DNA of 64,000 nucleotides from Burkholderiales bacterium (GCA_031362865.1 JANLTH010000033.1:11811-75810); one strand, 5' to 3'; shown: positions 46,366 to 54,384, counted from the stretch's first letter. Notes: generated by a model not told the origin, from the letters alone. Numbers and translations: made by a program.

Positions 46366-47024
46366 GCCGCCACCTCCAAATACTCTTTCATGCACTCGCG
46401 CAGCTTGGCCATCGCATAGCGCAGGCGGCTCTTCGCCGTTTCCATGCCGACCGCGCAGGCCGCCGCAATGTCGGCAATGCTCAGGTCGCTCTCTTCTTGC
46501 AACAGAAACGCTTCGCGCTGATTGGCGGGCAGCGCGCCCAAACATTCGAGCATGCGCCGCGCTACCTGGCTACCGTGGGCGCGCGACTCCGGTGCGTCTC
46601 GCGCAGGGGCTGCCACGTGCTCATGCAAGCCATCGCCAGTGCCTTCCGCATCTCCGGTGTCGCCTTCATCAAACGATTTCACTAACCCCAGCGCCACCAC
46701 CTTGTTGCTGCGGAAAAAATCCATCAAACGGTTGTGCGCAATGGTGTAGAGCCAGGTGGTGAACTTGGCTTCGACCACATAACGCTCGCGCGCATTGATC
46801 GCGTTCATCCACACGTCCTGCGCCAACTCATCGGCCTGGGCCGGATTGTGCTGCGGCTGCAACTGGCGTCGCAAATAGCGGTAGATGCCGCCCTTGTGGC
46901 GCTCATACAGCGGGGGAAAGGCGCGCGCGTCGCCATCGGCATAGGCCAACATGAGTTGTTCGTCAGAAAGTGGAGAGTCAAGCGCGTTCACCGGGTGCAG
47001 TGTAGCTAATAACGGTAACGCCAC
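46362..47024 (-). CDS. ECF-type RNA polymerase sigma-70 family factor; start uncertain
   Basis: Region 2 is AFPPLYERHKGGIYRYL..DVWMNAI and FTTWLYTIAHNRLMDFFR. Region 4 is LPANQREAFLLQEESDLSIADIAAACAVGMETAKSRLRYA. Confidence 0.85.
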   Translation of the reverse strand: MALPLLATLHPVNALDSPLSDEQLMLAYADGDARAFPPLYERHKGGIYRYLRRQLQPQHNPAQADELAQDVWMNAINARERYVVEAKFTTWLYTIAHNRLMDFFRSNKVVALGLVKSFDEGDTGDAEGTGDGLHEHVAAPARDAPESRAHGSQVARRMLECLGALPANQREAFLLQEESDLSIADIAAACAVGMETAKSRLRYAMAKLRECMKEYLEVAA

Positions 47025-47146
47025 ACGCTTGGGGTCAACCCACCAAGGCGAACTGCGTTACTGCGCAGGCAGGGAGCAATTTGAATTGGTCAGCGGCAGT
47101 TTTATCTGTGCTACCGTCACGCTTTTAAATCAGTGAGGAGAAGACC

Positions 47147-47419
47147 ATGTTTAGCTTGATTGGCACTGTCATTATTGGCTTGGTAGTTGGCCTGATCGCG
47201 CGCGCGGTCAAACCCGGCGAAGACAAAATGGGCATCATCATGACCGCGCTGCTCGGCATCGCCGGCGCATTTTTGGCCAAGTATGCCGGCCTGTTTTTAG
47301 GCATGTACAAAGAAGGCGACACGCCCGGCTGGATCATGTCTGTCGTCGGTGCGGTGGTCGTGCTGGTGATTTACAGCCTGGTCACCAAGAAGAGCGGCGG
47401 CTCTGGTACCGAGGCTTAA
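47147..47419 (+). CDS. GlsB/YeaQ/YmgE-family (transglycosylase-associated) small membrane stress protein
   Basis: The 90-aa product has family-typical glycine-zipper helices (IIGLVVGLIARAV, GIIMTALLGIAGAFLA, VVGAVVVLVIY). Confidence 0.8.
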   Translation: MFSLIGTVIIGLVVGLIARAVKPGEDKMGIIMTALLGIAGAFLAKYAGLFLGMYKEGDTPGWIMSVVGAVVVLVIYSLVTKKSGGSGTEA

Positions 47420-47424
47420 GCACC

Positions 47425-47925
47425 ATGAGTGCAGTGCGCCCCGCCTTGCCCGATCTCTATGCCCTGCCACGTAACGACCGCGAGCTTGAAGCGGCAGCGG
47501 AGCGCGCTAAAAAAATGGTCACCAAGCGGGCCGCGCTGGCTTCTGCCTCAACCCTGATCCCGCTGCCGGGCATCGATATCGCCGCTGATATCGCGCTGCT
47601 CTTGAAACTGATCCCCGAAATCAACCGTGAGTTTGGCCTTACGCCAGATCAAATCGCCAAGCTTCAGCCCACCAAGCAGCTGATGGTTTACAAAGCGATT
47701 GTGCTGATTGGTGGGGCGATGGTAGGCAAGCTGGTCACCAAAGAACTCATCATGCAAGCGCTCAAAACGGTGGGCTTGCGCATCACGATCAAGCAAGCCA
47801 CCAAGTATGTGCCCTTGGCGGGGCAGGCACTTTCAGCCGCACTCGGGTTTGCGGCGCTCAAATACATCGGCAATGCGCACATTAAAGACTGCACCAAGGT
47901 GGTCAAGCTGGTGCAGGCCGAGTAG
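47425..47925 (+). CDS. Hypothetical protein (DUF697-like)
   Basis: The 166-aa product contains STLIPLPGIDIAADIALLLKLIPEINREFGL and two amphipathic or hydrophobic segments. The family call is tentative. Confidence 0.4.
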   Translation: MSAVRPALPDLYALPRNDRELEAAAERAKKMVTKRAALASASTLIPLPGIDIAADIALLLKLIPEINREFGLTPDQIAKLQPTKQLMVYKAIVLIGGAMVGKLVTKELIMQALKTVGLRITIKQATKYVPLAGQALSAALGFAALKYIGNAHIKDCTKVVKLVQAE

Positions 47926-48003
47926 CTGGTCAGGCCGGAACCGCCCTCTCCTGCGGGGAGGGCAGGTGTGCAGGAAAGGTGCGAGCGTCTGACGCAAGCT
48001 GTC

Positions 48004-48357
48004 TCACGCCGCCGTCACCCGACTCCGCTCTCGCCGCTGCGGGTCGCGCCGCAACCGAATTTCAACGGTCTGCCCCACCGCTACTGCCGCTTTGACCAAG
48101 GTATCCAACTGGATCGACAGGTTGGCCGGGTCAAGCACCCGGTCCAACTGAGAGCGGCTCGTCGCCATCCGAAGCGCCATCGCCGTCTTCGTTAGGCGAT
48201 CAGCTTGCATGGCATCGTCAAGCTGCTCGGTGAGCGCACGCTTCAAGGCGCGCGCTTGCACTTCTTCGTAGATGCCTTCCTCTTTGAGAAACTCATCAAA
48301 ACTGCCACCTGCGCGGGGGTTAATCACATTGGCGCTTGCAGCGTCACGTTTGACCAT
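48004..48357 (-). CDS. HTH (XRE-like) antitoxin of a type II toxin-antitoxin pair
   Basis: The 117-aa product starts 14 nt inside the upstream toxin gene. A C-terminal HTH-like segment is present (LTKTAMALRMATSRSQLDRVLDP). Confidence 0.65.
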   Translation of the reverse strand: MVKRDAASANVINPRAGGSFDEFLKEEGIYEEVQARALKRALTEQLDDAMQADRLTKTAMALRMATSRSQLDRVLDPANLSIQLDTLVKAAVAVGQTVEIRLRRDPQRRERSRVTAA

Positions 48358-48715
48358 TTTTCCACTCCTTAAGGCGTTTTATCGCCAAGTCGATTTCGCG
48401 CGGATCCGTTTTTTGCGTCTTTTTTACAAAAGCGTGCAGCAACACCATTTCAGATCCGTGGACGGTGAATAGCACGCGCGCGATCCGGTTGCCAATCGTA
48501 CTGCGTACTTCCCAAATATCATCGCGCAGATGATCGACGCGGGGTTTGCCGATGGGCCACTTGTACTGAACATAGGCGATGTCTTCACCGACGATCTGTC
48601 GATCCGCTTTATCAAGCGCCATCAGCATCGCGCGAACCGGTTCATTGCCCGCCGTAGTGCGATAGAAAGACGCAAAAAGCCTTTGGAGGTCAACCATCGA
48701 CGAAGTGTACCGCAT
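48344..48715 (-). CDS. Gp49/HigB-type (RelE/ParE superfamily) toxin
   Basis: The sequence is typical of phage-derived Gp49-like toxins (FYRTTAGNEPVR, KWPIGKPRVDHLRDDIWEVRS, RVLFTVHGSEMVLLHAFVKKTQKT). ATG 48697 is an alternative start. Confidence 0.7.
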   Translation of the reverse strand: MRYTSSMVDLQRLFASFYRTTAGNEPVRAMLMALDKADRQIVGEDIAYVQYKWPIGKPRVDHLRDDIWEVRSTIGNRIARVLFTVHGSEMVLLHAFVKKTQKTDPREIDLAIKRLKEWKNGQT

Positions 48716-48730
48716 AAGGTACTAACTTTC

Positions 48731-48755
48731 GCGCAAATGCCGTAGGCATTTGCGC
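48731..48755. promoter_or_regulatory. Perfect 11-3-11 palindrome GCGCAAATGCC-GTA-GGCATTTGCGC; candidate operator
   Basis: Read directly from the sequence. It lies 16 bp upstream of the toxin ATG (48715) and spans the annotated TTG start (48750) of the divergent Crp-family gene. Confidence 0.45.
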
Positions 48756-49451
48756 CACGCACAGGGCTACCGGATTGGTACACTCCAACGAATGCGCCCA
48801 CCCGCTTTGGTCGAACTCGATTACACCGTTATCACCCAGCCGCGGCTGCGCGCCTTGGCGAAGCGCGGCACTGTGCGCCGCTACCGCAAAGACACCGTGG
48901 TCATGGAAGAGGGTGACCGCGGAGACTTGATGCTGATTATGCTGACCGGGCGGCTGCGTGCCTACTCGGCGAGCCAGCATACCGACCGTGAAGTGACCTA
49001 TGGCGTGTATGGTGCAGGTGATCTTGTGGGTGAAATGTCGCTCGACGGCGGCGCGCGCTCTGCCAGTGTGATTACTCTGGAAACCACCGTGTGCAGCATT
49101 GTCACCCGTGAAACCGTGCGCAGCTATATTGCCGAAGAGCCGGAATTCGCCTTCGACCTGATCGCTCGCGTGATCGAGCGCGCCCGCCGCGCCACGCACA
49201 CTGCACGCAGCTTGGCGCTCACCGATGCTTATGGGCGCTTGAGTGAGCTGCTCACCGGGCTGGCGGTGGTGCAGGGTGATGGCACGAAGCTGATCGAAGA
49301 ACGGCTCACCCATCAAGAGATCGCGAACCGGATTGGTTGCAGTCGCGAGATGGTGAGCCGGTTGATGAAGGATTTGGAGGTGGGGGGCTACTTAGCTAGT
49401 ACGGAGGGGCGACGTTGGTGTGTGGTGAAGTCGCTTCCGGCGCGCTGGTAG
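48750..49451 (+). CDS. Crp/Fnr-family transcriptional regulator (cNMP-binding domain + C-terminal HTH); start uncertain
   Basis: The cNMP-binding core is GDLVGEMSLDGGARSASVITLE. The HTH is THQEIANRIGCSREMVSRLMKDLE. Confidence 0.8.
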   Translation: MRHAQGYRIGTLQRMRPPALVELDYTVITQPRLRALAKRGTVRRYRKDTVVMEEGDRGDLMLIMLTGRLRAYSASQHTDREVTYGVYGAGDLVGEMSLDGGARSASVITLETTVCSIVTRETVRSYIAEEPEFAFDLIARVIERARRATHTARSLALTDAYGRLSELLTGLAVVQGDGTKLIEERLTHQEIANRIGCSREMVSRLMKDLEVGGYLASTEGRRWCVVKSLPARW

Positions 49452-49468
49452 GGGGAATTCGAGCTGGC

Positions 49469-51439
49469 TCATGGCAGGTTGCCAACTCCTTGCCGGAGCG
49501 GGTCTCCGGGTGTTGGTGCGCTTACCGGTATCGCGTTCTTGAGCACTTCGCGAACTTTAGCCACTGACGTGCTAGCGCCCACGTTTTTAGCGAGCCAACG
49601 TGTCAAGTTCGCGGCAGCCATGCTCGTACCGGCGAGCCGAACCGTGTCGCAACCGAACGTGCCGACTACCCTTAGTCCGTGCAGCGTCTCTGTTTCCTCT
49701 GTCACTGTGGCGACTTCGGGACTACGAGATGCGCGCGCACCTTCGGAGTGAGTTGCCGATGCCGCGTAAATCGAAACCGTAGCGTCCGATTTGCGATACC
49801 CGCCCGCGACGAGCGTGTGCTGTCCGGTTGCGATGCCGCTGATGCTGCCCTGGCGCTTGATATCTGAAGCCGCGGAATCTCCCGGTGGATTGGGCGTGCG
49901 ATCTAGTAGTTCATAGTCCGGGTCTACCAAATAGGATTGACGGCCATAGACGGGGCGGCCCAGCGTGGGATCGTCACGCTCCACCCAAGCATGGACGGGT
50001 GCGGTAAGTGGTGCGCCGCGATTGGTGAGCGTGACCGTCCACACACCGTGTGGCGCGACTTCACCAGCTTGGCTCTGTGTTGGCGCAACCGCGACCAGTA
50101 CCAACCGACCGCCTATGCCGCGGGAGTTTTGTGCGGGTGCGATGACCGCCGCTAGCCCGTTGTTCGTAGTTGGGTCAGCCAAATACCGGGCGGTTTCGAC
50201 GGAGACGGCGGGGCTGCTGCTGATTCCGCCCGGAGGTGTCAGCCCGACAACAACGTCAGCCGAACCGTCTGGCAGCCAGACTTCAAGAAAACTCGGTGTT
50301 CGGTCGTCTGGCAGCACGTGCCAAGCGAGTTGCTTCGTTTCGTCGCGCGCTAAGTCAAACTGCGCGTGCGCGCGATATTCATGGCTATTTCCCGAAGGCA
50401 GCACGAAAAAAAGCGATCCGCGGCGCTCGACCAATTCGTCAATCGCCCGCTCCAAGATCGACGTGCCGTCGTGCGGGCCAGCCATTTTTCCGAAGCTGAG
50501 GTTGATGATGATTTTGGCGAGCGTCCCTCCGCCCGCGCGCGCTCGCGGCACGTCTGTCCGCTGCAGAATATAACGTGCCGCATCCAAAATCTGTGAGGCG
50601 AGCGATCCCCCCGAGGTATCGCTCACACTTCGTCTCGCGAGTTGAACGCCAATCAGTTCCGCCGACTCCGCCTCGTCGCCGAGGCCCTCCGCCGTTCCGA
50701 CCGCAAGCCCTGCGACGGCTGTGCCGTGTGAGGATCGGTTTCGTGTTCCAGGAATCGATATCTTTTCGTAAACTGCCTCCCAGCTACCCAGCGCGACCTG
50801 AAGTCCATTAAGGGTTTTTCCTGCGAAGTCTCTGCCGTAGCCGAATCCTGATGGCTGGTTTTGAAGTCCATCGGTATCCTGTGACCATAGAAAACTGAAT
50901 CGGGTGTGCTTACTCAGATTGAGCAGGGTATCGTGCCCAAATGCAATCGCATCATCGATGACCCCGACTACCACTTTTGAAAATCTTTCGGTCGGCTTGA
51001 TAGGGCCGGGATCAAAAGGAATTTCCTCGCCGCTCGCAATGGGCAAGCCAACCTCGTAAGCCTCGATAGTGTCCGGTTGCCACTGTAGCTTGTATAAAAA
51101 CTCCGTTTTGACGAATGCGGTGCAAAATGTGGTGCCTTTAAGTTCGTGGCTCGGTTTGCGGTAGACCGACGGAACCCGAATCCAGCCCTTCAAGCCAGAG
51201 AGAGGGTTATCGACCCAGTTGGCAAATTGTTCTGCGGTGACACGAAGCGCCAGAATTACTGCGGTTTCCAATGGCACTTGCCCAACATCGCGAAATTTGG
51301 TTTCATCCGCCCAAGCGAGGTAGGGGTCCTGTCGCACCCCGGTCGTTTCGGTCAGCGCCTGCCCCCAATCCACTAGGGAAGGGCCTTTTTTGAGGTCAGG
51401 GCCGCGCCACGCGGGCAGGGGGGCTTTAGTCTTTTTCAT
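49469..51439 (-). CDS. Subtilase (peptidase S8) without signal peptide, with unknown N-terminal domain of about 170 aa
   Basis: Catalytic-triad contexts are VVVGVIDDAIAFGH (Asp), NRSSHGTAVAGLAVG (His) and RLAGTSMAAANL (Ser). ATG 51439 lies 2 nt after the upstream stop. The N-terminus MKKTKAPLPAWRGPDLKKGPS has no hydrophobic core. Confidence 0.75.
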   Translation of the reverse strand: MKKTKAPLPAWRGPDLKKGPSLVDWGQALTETTGVRQDPYLAWADETKFRDVGQVPLETAVILALRVTAEQFANWVDNPLSGLKGWIRVPSVYRKPSHELKGTTFCTAFVKTEFLYKLQWQPDTIEAYEVGLPIASGEEIPFDPGPIKPTERFSKVVVGVIDDAIAFGHDTLLNLSKHTRFSFLWSQDTDGLQNQPSGFGYGRDFAGKTLNGLQVALGSWEAVYEKISIPGTRNRSSHGTAVAGLAVGTAEGLGDEAESAELIGVQLARRSVSDTSGGSLASQILDAARYILQRTDVPRARAGGGTLAKIIINLSFGKMAGPHDGTSILERAIDELVERRGSLFFVLPSGNSHEYRAHAQFDLARDETKQLAWHVLPDDRTPSFLEVWLPDGSADVVVGLTPPGGISSSPAVSVETARYLADPTTNNGLAAVIAPAQNSRGIGGRLVLVAVAPTQSQAGEVAPHGVWTVTLTNRGAPLTAPVHAWVERDDPTLGRPVYGRQSYLVDPDYELLDRTPNPPGDSAASDIKRQGSISGIATGQHTLVAGGYRKSDATVSIYAASATHSEGARASRSPEVATVTEETETLHGLRVVGTFGCDTVRLAGTSMAAANLTRWLAKNVGASTSVAKVREVLKNAIPVSAPTPGDPLRQGVGNLP

Positions 51440-51441
51440 GG

Positions 51442-52557
51442 CTACCACTCCGCTTTCGCTTTTGTCCAGAGCCATTTCAGTGGTGACTCGTTGTAAGGCA
51501 GGGAAGAAGCTGGAGTCGGATTTTGGGCGGGTTGTCCCACAAACTCAAATCCATGCACCAACTGATAGAAGTCCAATTTTGGATCAAGCACTTCAAAACT
51601 ACGGTCCTGCCAGCCAGTCCCTTGACACAGATACTCTACATAGTCCGCTATCGTGGTGCCCAGCATCGCGCCTGCGACACTGTCCATTGGGTAGTGAACA
51701 CCCGCCACCGTTCTGTTGATAGCAATTCGAGAGGCTTGAGTCAACAATTGATCTCGAAGGGACTTGTGCGCAGCGAGACTACGGGAATCGAGCTTTCTAG
51801 GGTAGGACAGCTTGCTAAGAATGCAAGCCGCCACAAATGCTTCGGTCGCATGCCCGCTGGGCAGGCTGCCGTGCTCGGGTGTTGGCACCATCGGCTGAAT
51901 GTTTGGCGAATAGGCAATCGGGCGAGGTACGTCGAGCGCGTGCTTGAAGCGCATTGCGGCAATCGACGCAATGCCAAGGGAAACATCAATAAGCTCGTTA
52001 GTCCAGCGAGTGCGGGTAGGCTGAAGGTTGGCAACCGCGCTCCAAAATGGCGTCTGCGGAATCAACTGAGCCAAGCATTCGCTGGCGCGGTCTTCACGAA
52101 TTTTTGCCCAGCTCTCGACAAGAGCGAATTGTGATTTGCAGTCTGTATTCTTTGGCTTTGTCATGCGAATGATCGGGTGCTTTTGATAGCGGCCTTGGGA
52201 TTTGGGCTTTGGTGCGTCGAGTGAAATATGGGAAAGCGTGGCAACGCGGCTAGCCTTATCGGTTTCGAAGATCATCCGGGACTGCGCTTCGTACAGAAAA
52301 ATATGCTGGCGGATCGCCGGTTCCCAGCCCTTCATCCGCTCAGGGTTATCGAAGTAATCCTTGGGTGAAAGCAGCGCCCCAGCAGGAGTTGCAGGCACTG
52401 TACCCCCCCGACTCTTAATCAGCGCATCCGTCAGCAACGGCACACCAGGCATTCCGCCGCCCCCACCGTTGCCGCCCCCACCCCAGCCCGCCCAGCCAGC
52501 CCATCCTGCCCACCCAGCCCACCCTGCCCAGCCTGCCCAACCCGCCCATCCAGCCAT
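51442..52557 (-). CDS. Soluble PAP2 / vanadium-haloperoxidase-fold protein with N-terminal (AGW)8-Gly-rich tail
   Basis: All three PAP2 motifs are present: KHALDVPRP (Kx6RP), LPSGHA (PSGH) and NRTVAGVHYPMD (S/N-Rx5Hx3D). No TM helix or signal peptide was found. The AAGGAG Shine-Dalgarno sequence lies 6 nt upstream of ATG 52557. Confidence 0.7.
   Translation of the reverse strand: MAGWAGWAGWAGWAGWAGWAGWAGWGGGGNGGGGGMPGVPLLTDALIKSRGGTVPATPAGALLSPKDYFDNPERMKGWEPAIRQHIFLYEAQSRMIFETDKASRVATLSHISLDAPKPKSQGRYQKHPIIRMTKPKNTDCKSQFALVESWAKIREDRASECLAQLIPQTPFWSAVANLQPTRTRWTNELIDVSLGIASIAAMRFKHALDVPRPIAYSPNIQPMVPTPEHGSLPSGHATEAFVAACILSKLSYPRKLDSRSLAAHKSLRDQLLTQASRIAINRTVAGVHYPMDSVAGAMLGTTIADYVEYLCQGTGWQDRSFEVLDPKLDFYQLVHGFEFVGQPAQNPTPASSLPYNESPLKWLWTKAKAEW
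52453..52554 (-). repeat. Coding low-complexity repeat: eight consecutive Ala-Gly-Trp triplets followed by GGGGNGGGGG
   Basis: The decoded codons are GCT GGA TGG / GCG GGT TGG / GCA GGC TGG / GCA GGG TGG / GCT GGG TGG / GCA GGA TGG / GCT GGC TGG / GCG GGC TGG. The period is 9 nt with varied synonymous codons. Confidence 0.9.
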
Positions 52558-52593
52558 GATGCTCTCCTTGTTGTTGAGTACTGCTGTTCGTAA

Positions 52594-54384
52594 CTACTTG
52601 CGTGGTATTCCAGCTGCCAAAAATGCGTCTGCGAAGCGCTGGGCAATGCCGAAGGCCTTGCCGGGCGTATTTTCCAAGAACGAGGACACCGTAAACCCAG
52701 GAACGAATTCGAGTACGCGCTTCGCAAACTCGCTTGCCTGCGGAATCTGGCCGTGCAGCGCATGCGCCAGTGTCAAAGTCCGATAAGTTGACACGTGGTT
52801 GCGGTTGGCTTTGAGTGAGCGGTCGCCCAGCTCGATGGCGCGCTCGTACTTGCCCGCCGTGAGGGCAGCGGAAGCCGCGAGTGCGTCATAGAAGTAGCGC
52901 AGCGGGTCCAGTGGCGAGAGTTGCAGCGCGCGCTCGGTTGCCTCGGTTGCCTCAGCCCCGTGGTCGGAAAAAGCATGCGTAGTGCCCAGAAAGAGCCAAG
53001 CCAGCGACTCGTTCGGGTTGGCCGCAAGAGCGGCTTCGTGGCGCGCCTTGGCCTTGTCCATGTCGCGCATCAAATTGCTTTGCACCAGGCCGTCGATGGT
53101 CAGTGCAAGGGAGCAATCGGCATCGAGGTCGAGCGCGCGGTGCGTCAAATCTTGCGCGTAGGCGGTTTGCCGCTTGGGGTCATCTGCCCAGCCTTGGGTA
53201 ACAAAGAGTACATACCACTTGGCAAGCCAGGCGTAGGGAGTGGGCAGCCGTTTGTGCCGCTCAGTCAGGTGATCGAGCAGGGCGCGTGAGCGTTCAAAGT
53301 CCGTGCGGCTGGTGCGGTGCATCAAGTTGATGCCGCCCAACAGCAGCGAGTAGCTGTCGAGTGTTGGCAGCGGTTTGGTTTTCGCCGCCTTCACTTCGTG
53401 GTCAAGAATGTGGCGATGCGCTTTTGCGGCGATGATGCCGCAGGTCTCGCTCTCGAGTTGGAGCAAGTCGTCCACCGACGTGCTGGTGCGCTCCACCCAC
53501 ACCACTTCATTGCTGCGCAACTCGGAAAGCTCAGCTGATACCAATACGCGGCCTCCGGTGACCACATAACTCCCGCTAAGCGCGTAGTTTGCGCCGAGCC
53601 GCGAATCCACCTCGCCGGCGCTAGAAGGTCGATCACGAAAACCGGTGGTCGAGAGCCGTGAAATCACCCGCAGATCGTGGCTGCGCGCCAGCTTGTCAAT
53701 TATTCCGTCCGCGATCAGGTCACCCACAGCAAGTGTTTCCCGATCCGCCTGCCGCGATGCAAACGGGATGACTGCTATAGTTGGCGCGAGCGCAGCAGCG
53801 GCACGTTCGTGCGCTGGAACAATCGGGAACTTGCCAACCGCCCCCACCCGGTAACTGCGCACTGGCTCCGCGAAATGCTTGACGAAACACTCCCCCAAAT
53901 CCTCAATATCCGCATCCAAATCCGCCGTCAGCGCATCGCGCACCTCCGGCGACACCACAATTTCATGCGGGCCGGCCAGGGTCATCAGGCGCGCGGCAAG
54001 GTTGACCCCTTTACCGTACATGTCATGCGCATCCGCCACTACTGTGGTGGTGTGCGCGCCCACGCGCAGCGCGAGCGGTTCCGCGCTTGCAAACTTTGCG
54101 TTCTCGTCTTGCATCATCGCCTGCAATCCAAGCGCGGCCTGCACGGCTGGGCGGGCACTGGCGAATTCGAGCATCACGCCGTCTCCGGTGCTTTTGACCA
54201 AGCGACCGCCGTGCGCGGGCAACAGTTCGTCCTCGATGCGTGCCACCAGTTGCAGCCAGCGTTGAATCGTTTGGTCTTCATGTTCCTCCATCAACCGCAC
54301 CGACTCAACCAAGTCGGCAAACACGATGGTTTTGACCGGGCGCGTAGCACCGTGGAGCCAATCATCTATGGCGGTAGAAGGCAT
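52594..54384 (-). CDS. Class III adenylate/guanylate cyclase with C-terminal TPR-like helical-repeat region
   Basis: Cyclase motifs are TIVFADLVESV, LVKSTGDGVMLEF and YGKGVNLAARL. A middle beta-rich domain follows (IAVIPFASRQ..), then TPR-like repeats to the C-terminus. ATG 54384 is preferred. The ORF extends to a GTG at 54462, adding 26 low-complexity codons. Confidence 0.8.
   Translation of the reverse strand: MPSTAIDDWLHGATRPVKTIVFADLVESVRLMEEHEDQTIQRWLQLVARIEDELLPAHGGRLVKSTGDGVMLEFASARPAVQAALGLQAMMQDENAKFASAEPLALRVGAHTTTVVADAHDMYGKGVNLAARLMTLAGPHEIVVSPEVRDALTADLDADIEDLGECFVKHFAEPVRSYRVGAVGKFPIVPAHERAAAALAPTIAVIPFASRQADRETLAVGDLIADGIIDKLARSHDLRVISRLSTTGFRDRPSSAGEVDSRLGANYALSGSYVVTGGRVLVSAELSELRSNEVVWVERTSTSVDDLLQLESETCGIIAAKAHRHILDHEVKAAKTKPLPTLDSYSLLLGGINLMHRTSRTDFERSRALLDHLTERHKRLPTPYAWLAKWYVLFVTQGWADDPKRQTAYAQDLTHRALDLDADCSLALTIDGLVQSNLMRDMDKAKARHEAALAANPNESLAWLFLGTTHAFSDHGAEATEATERALQLSPLDPLRYFYDALAASAALTAGKYERAIELGDRSLKANRNHVSTYRTLTLAHALHGQIPQASEFAKRVLEFVPGFTVSSFLENTPGKAFGIAQRFADAFLAAGIPRK

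Noticed and set aside
47940-47975. A possible terminator hairpin (GCCCTC..GAGGGC) between the convergent genes 47425-47925 and 48004-48357.
   Set aside because: The stem is only 6 bp with a 9-nt loop and no following T-run on either strand. That is too weak to call.
52453-52554. The 9-bp periodic region considered as a DNA-level tandem repeat, a contingency locus or a CRISPR-like array.
   Set aside because: The units differ at synonymous positions, there are no spacers, and the region is in frame with a strong Shine-Dalgarno sequence and ATG. It is treated as a protein-level repeat (see findings).
54370-54377. An exact GGCGGTAG (ops-like octamer) on the plus strand.
   Set aside because: It lies within the first codons of the minus-strand cyclase gene, far from the polysaccharide operons, and not in the leader of a long operon. 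A chance occurrence is the simplest explanation.
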